A stretch of DNA of 60,744 bases from Salinivirgaceae bacterium. Its GTDB lineage: Bacteria > Bacteroidota > Bacteroidia > Bacteroidales > SZUA-534. The notes below the pieces were generated by a model. That model did no database searches. It saw nothing but the letters and a program-made list of their open reading frames with translations, and had not been told where the DNA came from. Both the position numbers and the translations under genes were made by a program. Where the stretch lies: the NCBI GenBank assembly GCA_016342715.1, contig JAEINW010000004.1, positions 1 through 60,744 of the forward strand. Direction: 5' to 3'. Positions 54,940-60,744 of the stretch are shown piece by piece (within the stretch, counting starts at the first letter, position 1; each line of letters begins with the position of its first letter).

Positions 54940-56022
54940 TTAGTAATTTTTTGCTGTAAAAAATGTTTTTTCTTTGTGTTCTGTGCACTCAATGTTTATT
55001 GATGCATTATTTCTCATTAAATCGATATATTTTGAAGAACTAAAAATCAATAACCATTTTGATTTTGATTGTATTAATTTTTCAATGGCTTTTTCTAAAT
55101 CATTTTTAACAAAAACATCTTTTGAACTTGCCGAAAAATAATTCGAACTTCTGAAATCTCCACAAATAAAGTCAGTTTCAACTGGGGATAGTGAATCTAA
55201 TAATTCTGAATAGGAGCAAGAAGAAAAATTACATGTGCTTAAAATTGCATTAAATGCTTCGGATTTGAATTTTTTTACAATTTCAGATAAATCCAGGTTG
55301 TTGTTTTCTTCACCTCCATATTTGTTATTGTGCGATTCTTTAACAACGTAATTAAATCGACCTTTGCAGGTTTGACTTAAAAAATACCAAAGAGAAAAAC
55401 ATTTGTTTTGGTCAATAATATTTATAAACTCAGTATTCTGAAGATTTAATATGTTCTGGAAATGATTAAAAAAACCATATTTAAAGGCAGTTTCTATCAT
55501 TTTTCTGAATTCTTCATTAATAACAACATTTTCGATATGAGCAAATGCCAATTTGATTTTTTTGAATTCAGAAATTATACTTTTTATTATTGAACTAGTA
55601 AAAAGATCAAGATTCACTAAAACGCTACGATTAAACAATGAATTGAATTTATCATTATCCATATTCATTAATGTAATTGCACGAATAATATATTCTGAAT
55701 CTTCTAAAGTGATAATTTCTTTAAGTAAATCCTGAAAGGTTATAAATATTTCATCTGACGAGAAATAACTAAAATCTTTAAGTAAATTCCATGCATTAGC
55801 CAGTTTATCAAGCTCATTCAATAATTCTTGATTCGATAAATTTTTATAAAAATCAATTAGAATGTTGTTTGTGTCGTTGATGAAACAAGGAGTTTTGGGA
55901 TTTATGCTAAGTAATAAATCACCATTGCCAACATTGAGATCAATATATCGTTCAAATTTTGGAAAATCCAGAAATTCTCTTTTTTTATTATTTTCCGATA
56001 CCAATGATGGTTTTATTCGCAT
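54940..56022 (-). CDS. Dam/D12-family DNA adenine methyltransferase-like protein with degenerate catalytic motifs
   Basis: RYIDLNVGNG...FINDTN...IDFY aligns by eye with motifs I-II; DFICGDFRS sits where DFxxxDPPY is expected; KWLLI follows. Confidence 0.6.
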   Translation of the reverse strand: MRIKPSLVSENNKKREFLDFPKFERYIDLNVGNGDLLLSINPKTPCFINDTNNILIDFYKNLSNQELLNELDKLANAWNLLKDFSYFSSDEIFITFQDLLKEIITLEDSEYIIRAITLMNMDNDKFNSLFNRSVLVNLDLFTSSIIKSIISEFKKIKLAFAHIENVVINEEFRKMIETAFKYGFFNHFQNILNLQNTEFINIIDQNKCFSLWYFLSQTCKGRFNYVVKESHNNKYGGEENNNLDLSEIVKKFKSEAFNAILSTCNFSSCSYSELLDSLSPVETDFICGDFRSSNYFSASSKDVFVKNDLEKAIEKLIQSKSKWLLIFSSSKYIDLMRNNASINIECTEHKEKTFFTAKNY

Positions 56023-56130
56023 TCCCAACGTGGTTTATTATTACATAAGTAGTGTCCCGAATTTAATTCAGATTTATCAGAAATTCAAATAAATCGTCAT
56101 ATTACGATAGCTTTTTTTGATATATAATTT

Positions 56131-56168
56131 AAAAAACGCCAATTAAATTAATTTAATTGGCGTTTTTT
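56131..56168 (-). terminator. Perfect 38-bp palindrome, probable terminator of the lipoprotein gene
   Basis: AAAAAACGCCAATTAAATT/AATTTAATTGGCGTTTTTT. Confidence 0.8.
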
Positions 56169-56184
56169 CTTGCTTAATGCCTTA

Positions 56185-57036
56185 TTAGTCAACTACTACC
56201 ACAAGATATTTTGAAATACTCCAAAAATCATCTTGGTTTTTAATTGTTATGCCTTCGGCAGGTTTTTCACCAATTATTTCATAGGAGTTGGAAGGATGCT
56301 TGCTTATAACTCGTATTTTTTTTGCATTAATAGAAAACTCCTTTGTTTCTTGAATATCAATAGCAGTAAATAACTTTTTATCAAAATCCTCATTGAGTAT
56401 TTTCCCACTACCAATTCCTATAAAAAGGCCTTTTTTATCAAGAATAGCCATTTCTTTTAACTCTTTTTCACTACCTATTATATAATAAGCAGTATTCAAG
56501 CTTTCTTCCTGAGCTTCTATAATTGCAGTTTTAACCTTGTTATCGAATGATAAAGTATCTAATGCATAATTTAATTCATCAATTTGCAGATTTTGGTCGA
56601 GTAAGTGCTGACGGAGTTGAATAATTTCAGCATTTTTTTCAGCTAATTTGGCTTGCAGATTTTGTATGGTTTTTCGAAGATCGTTGTTTGTAATATAAGC
56701 TTGTTTTAATTGCTGTTCTAGTTTAGCAACTTTCTCTTTATTCTCAAGCATCAATTCATAAATTAAATTAATATCGCTATTAATTCTTTCTTCTCGTGTT
56801 TTCTGGTTTTCAACACTTGATAAAGTAAGGCTAATGATCTTTTCTTTTGATTTTATGGTTTCCAAATTATTTTCTATGGCATTGAAAGTTCCAATAACAC
56901 TATAAATTGCAGAATCTTTTTTTATCATAAGCCTTTCTAAACTGTCGTTTTTAATTTGCAGTTCAGAATTTTTTGTTGGTGCTATGTTACACATGGTAAA
57001 AAGCAGTGCAGTAAAAATAAAAATTAGATTTTTCAT
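56185..57036 (-). CDS. Coiled-coil lipoprotein (Cbp1-like conserved Bacteroidota protein)
   Basis: Lipobox-like LLFTMC, long heptad region, C-terminal NTAYYIIGSEKEL...HPSNSY...FWSISKYLVV. Confidence 0.65.
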   Translation of the reverse strand: MKNLIFIFTALLFTMCNIAPTKNSELQIKNDSLERLMIKKDSAIYSVIGTFNAIENNLETIKSKEKIISLTLSSVENQKTREERINSDINLIYELMLENKEKVAKLEQQLKQAYITNNDLRKTIQNLQAKLAEKNAEIIQLRQHLLDQNLQIDELNYALDTLSFDNKVKTAIIEAQEESLNTAYYIIGSEKELKEMAILDKKGLFIGIGSGKILNEDFDKKLFTAIDIQETKEFSINAKKIRVISKHPSNSYEIIGEKPAEGITIKNQDDFWSISKYLVVVVD

Positions 57037-57207
57037 TTGTATTTAATTTTAGGTGTAGTTAATGAACGGCAATAAAGTGATTATATTTTATTTATAAAAT
57101 TTGTCTACTTAAAGCTATTAATTCTAAGCTTTTACATAAACTCATTTTAAATAATATTTTCGAGCAAATTAATTCATTTTTCTTAGCCATAATCAAGCAA
57201 AATATTT

Positions 57208-57215
57208 TAATTTTG
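57208..57215 (+). promoter_or_regulatory. -7 box upstream of ppdK
   Basis: TAATTTTG(C) about 80 nt before the ATG. Confidence 0.55.
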
Positions 57216-57294
57216 CGATGCTTTAAAACATTGTTTTTTGGCAAGGTATAATGAGTTGTAAAAATTAAATAATCAAACATAAATTCAAAACATT

Positions 57295-60012
57295 ATGACA
57301 CAAATGAAACGTGTATATACTTTTGGAAACGGTCAGGCAGAGGGAAAAGCTGACATGAAAAACCTTTTAGGTGGTAAGGGTGCAAACCTTGCAGAAATGA
57401 ACTTAATTGGTGTTCCAGTTCCTGCGGGATTTACTATTACTACTGAAGTTTGTACTGAGTACAACGAAAAAGGAAAAGATGCTGTTGTGGCATTAATGAA
57501 AGCTGAAGTTGAGCAGGCTGTTGCTGCTACTGAAAAAGCAATGGGTGCTAAATTTGGAACAACTGGAGACGCATTTCCATTATTGGTATCTGTACGTTCA
57601 GGAGCGCGTGCGTCAATGCCAGGTATGATGAATACAGTATTGAACTTAGGTATGAATGATGATGCAGTAAAAATAATTGCTGAAACATCAGGTAACGAAA
57701 AGTTTGCTTACGATTCGTACCGTCGTTTTATTCACATGTACGGTGACGTAGTAATGGGTGTTGAAGCCAAAGAAGGTGAGCATAATCCATTTGAGGTTGT
57801 TCTTGATAAATTGAAAGAAGCTAAGGGTTACAAAGTTGATACTGAATTAACTGTTGAAGACCTTAAAAACCTTGTTGAAGGATACAAAGCTGTTGTACGT
57901 GAACATGCTGGTGTTGATTTTCCAACAAATCCTTGGGATCAGTTATGGGGTGCTATATGTGCTGTATTCGATTCTTGGAATACTGAAAGAGCTATTTTAT
58001 ACCGAAGAATGGAAAATATACCTTCTGAATGGGGAACTGCTGTAAATGTACAAGCAATGGTTTATGGTAACATGGGTGAAACTTCAGCTACTGGTGTATG
58101 TTTCTCTCGTGATGCTGGCACAGGTGAAGATCAATTCAATGGAGAATATTTAATTAATGCTCAAGGTGAAGATGTAGTTGCTGGTGTTCGTACGCCTCTT
58201 GAAATTACAAAAATTGGTTCACTGCGTTGGGCTGAGCGTAATGGTACTTCTGAAGCCGATCGTAAAGCTAAATTCCTTTCAATGGAAGAAGCAATGCCTG
58301 AGCTTTACAATGAATTAAATACCATACAACAAAAATTAGAAGATCACTATAAAGATATGCAAGATATGGAGTTCACCGTTCAAGATGGTAAGCTTTGGAT
58401 GTTGCAAACTCGTAATGGAAAACGTACCGGTGCTGCTATGGTAAAAATGGCTGTAGATATGCTTGCACAAGGTTTGATTGACGAGAAAACTGCGATTCTT
58501 CGTATGGAGCCAAACAAATTGGATGAATTGCTTCACCCAGTATTTGAAGCGTCTGCGATTGCTGCTGCTAAAGAGCTTTCTAAAGGTCTTCCTGCTTCTC
58601 CAGGTGCTGCAACAGGACAAATTGTGTTCTCTGCAACTGCTGCTGAAGAATGGGCTGCTGCTGGTAAAAAAGTAATTTTAGTACGTCGCGAAACTTCTCC
58701 AGAAGATTTAAAAGGTATGTACGCTGCTGAAGGTATTCTTACTGAGCGTGGTGGTATGACTTCTCACGCTGCTGTTGTTGCTCGTGGTATGGGTAAATGT
58801 TGTATTTCTTCTGCTGCTAATACTGTTGTTACGGGTTCATCAATGACTATAAATGGTGTTGCCTACAAAGAAGGTGATTTTATTTCATTAAATGGCTCTA
58901 CTGGTATTGTTTATGAAGGTAAAGTTGCAACCATTACACCTTCGTTAGATGGTGATTTTGGTAAATTAATGGAATTGGCTGAGAACAACACTCGCATGTA
59001 TGTTCGTACAAATGCTGATACTCCTGCTGATGCAAAAGCTGCACGCGAATTTGGAGCAAAAGGTATTGGTCTTTGTCGTACAGAGCACATGTTCTTTGAA
59101 GGCGATCGTATCTGGAAAATGCGCGAAATGATTCTTGCAAAAGATACTGCTGGACGTGAAGATGCTTTAGCAAAATTATTACCTATTCAGCGCAAAGACT
59201 TCTACGGTATTCTTAAAGCTATGGACGGATTTGGAGTAACTATTCGTTTACTCGATCCACCATTGCATGAGTTTACTCCAAACGATTTAGAGTCTCAAAA
59301 AGAGATGGCTGAAAAATTGGGCATTGATGTAAAAGTTGTAACTGCAAAAGTAGAATCTTTACACGAATTTAACCCAATGTTAGGTCACCGTGGTTGTCGT
59401 TTAGGAAACACTTATCCTGAAATTACAATAATGCAGGCTCGTGCTATTATCGAAGCTGCTTGTGATCTTAAAAAAGAAGGATTAGATCCAAAACCAGAAA
59501 TTATGGTTCCATTAATTGGTACTGCAATAGAATTTAAGATGCAAGAAGAACTAATTCGTTCAACTGCTGCTAAAGTATTCGAAGAAAGAGGTATGAAAGT
59601 TGACTACATGGTAGGTACCATGATTGAAATTCCTCGTGCTGCACTAACTGCTAACGAAGTGGCTGAAACAGCTGAATTCTTCTCATTCGGTACAAACGAC
59701 TTAACTCAAATGACCTTTGGTTATTCTCGTGACGATGCGGGTAAATTTTTACCCATTTACATTGAGAAAGGTATTCTTAAGCACGATCCGTTCCAGTCGC
59801 TTGACCAAACCGGTGTTGGACAATTAGTTGAAATGGCTTGTGAAAAAGGTAAGTCAGTTCGTCCAAACATTAAATTGGGTATTTGTGGTGAACATGGTGG
59901 TGAACCATCATCAGTTGAGTTCTGTCACAGAACTGGTTTAGATTATGTTTCTTGTTCTCCTTTCCGTGTGCCAATTGCGCGTTTAGCTGCAGCACAAGCA
60001 AACCTTAGATAA
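57295..60012 (+). CDS. ppdK: Pyruvate, phosphate dikinase
   Basis: LLGGKGANL, SVRSGA, GGMTSHAAVVARG, GLCRTEHMF, GICGEHGG. Confidence 0.98.
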   Translation: MTQMKRVYTFGNGQAEGKADMKNLLGGKGANLAEMNLIGVPVPAGFTITTEVCTEYNEKGKDAVVALMKAEVEQAVAATEKAMGAKFGTTGDAFPLLVSVRSGARASMPGMMNTVLNLGMNDDAVKIIAETSGNEKFAYDSYRRFIHMYGDVVMGVEAKEGEHNPFEVVLDKLKEAKGYKVDTELTVEDLKNLVEGYKAVVREHAGVDFPTNPWDQLWGAICAVFDSWNTERAILYRRMENIPSEWGTAVNVQAMVYGNMGETSATGVCFSRDAGTGEDQFNGEYLINAQGEDVVAGVRTPLEITKIGSLRWAERNGTSEADRKAKFLSMEEAMPELYNELNTIQQKLEDHYKDMQDMEFTVQDGKLWMLQTRNGKRTGAAMVKMAVDMLAQGLIDEKTAILRMEPNKLDELLHPVFEASAIAAAKELSKGLPASPGAATGQIVFSATAAEEWAAAGKKVILVRRETSPEDLKGMYAAEGILTERGGMTSHAAVVARGMGKCCISSAANTVVTGSSMTINGVAYKEGDFISLNGSTGIVYEGKVATITPSLDGDFGKLMELAENNTRMYVRTNADTPADAKAAREFGAKGIGLCRTEHMFFEGDRIWKMREMILAKDTAGREDALAKLLPIQRKDFYGILKAMDGFGVTIRLLDPPLHEFTPNDLESQKEMAEKLGIDVKVVTAKVESLHEFNPMLGHRGCRLGNTYPEITIMQARAIIEAACDLKKEGLDPKPEIMVPLIGTAIEFKMQEELIRSTAAKVFEERGMKVDYMVGTMIEIPRAALTANEVAETAEFFSFGTNDLTQMTFGYSRDDAGKFLPIYIEKGILKHDPFQSLDQTGVGQLVEMACEKGKSVRPNIKLGICGEHGGEPSSVEFCHRTGLDYVSCSPFRVPIARLAAAQANLR

Positions 60013-60033
60013 AAAATAATTTTATCAGATGAT

Positions 60034-60067
60034 AAAAAAGCCTTCTCAATTTTGAGAAGGCTTTTTT
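60034..60067 (+). terminator. Terminator after ppdK
   Basis: AAAAAAGCCTTCTCAA-tt-TTGAGAAGGCTTTTTT. Confidence 0.9.
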
Positions 60068-60079
60068 GTTTGCCTTGCA

Positions 60080-60440
60080 GGCAAACCATTCCGACAGTTT
60101 GCAAGAAAACTGCGTCGCCTAATCGGAGGGAAGACAATGTGAATCCAAGTGCGCTGTTGGTAACGACAGGGTGTGAAGGAAGGCTTAGTAAGTTTGCTGA
60201 ACGTAGTGCAAGCAAACCGATTTTGGCATGTATTTGGGGCAAGCAAAAGCTTATTCAGCGAAAGTGCTCTCTTGGGAGAGCTGTCCGAAGGACTGAGAGG
60301 GAATAATGAGTAAATGCCTGAAAGGAATGTATTAATTCATCCTTGGGCAAGGGGTAAGAAAACTAAAGTTTTATGTAGTATTCTCATAGCAGGCGCTGTG
60401 AGTCTGTGAGTCCCTCTGGATAGCGAAGCGCCTGCTTCGC
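60080..60440. repeat. Cluster of REP-like/miniature palindromic elements after ppdK
   Basis: GC-richer than flanks, several hairpins, matches to 32708-32773 and 4155-4200. Confidence 0.55.
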
Positions 60441-60744
60441 TTTTAAAGTTACCAAACCATATACATTGCAAAACTTTCAGCGTTAGTTCAAAATAACACC
60501 ACTTCACTACAAAAAACGATACATGTCAGATCAATTATTTTTTTCTTTTGAAAACTACCTCCCATAAGAATTGTAGGTTGTTTTTAAAAGAAAAAATTTG
60601 TTAACCATTAATGCAAATGGTAATATTTATTCCCATATAGTGATATCATTCTACTCCGGCGCCTGAAATACCGAGATATTTTTCAAATTGATGAAATAAA
60701 ACCAACACATCAAAACCTTTGTGGGAACTCCATTATTTATTTTT

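Noticed and set aside
60046..60306. Short ORFs on both strands after ppdK
   Set aside because: They run through the terminator and palindromic repeats and show no protein-like motifs.

Overview
AT-rich chromosomal window from a Bacteroidota bacterium, probably Bacteroidales/Marinilabiliales-like. The assignment rests on TAnnTTTG promoters, the parA-parB-DUF5683-mltD order, a str operon without tuf and a Bacteroides-type EF-G2. In order it holds: an ABC-2 exporter, an NtrX-like regulator, a repeat-rich gene-free gap, saccharopine dehydrogenase, an RlmL-like methyltransferase, parAB with cell-wall genes, tonB, hflX, an OmpA protein, a tRNA methyltransferase, pntAB, a complete biotin operon (bioB-A-F-G-C-D), a PLD-family nuclease, EF-G2 divergent from the str/S10/spc/alpha ribosomal cluster, eno, a Dam-like protein lacking catalytic motifs, a coiled-coil lipoprotein and ppdK. 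I see no rRNA, tRNA, CRISPR array or intact transposase. The best candidate for an undescribed system is a 119-codon, nearly leaderless ORF (KWSRKGYAVFASLGK motif) at the head of the biotin operon. It has an intrinsic terminator inside its last codons, which suggests leader-peptide attenuation. Also notable are short-repeat elements in most bio spacers, twin palindromes in the EF-G2 leader and a pseudo-methyltransferase. All product calls come from motif recognition by eye; no database searches were run.
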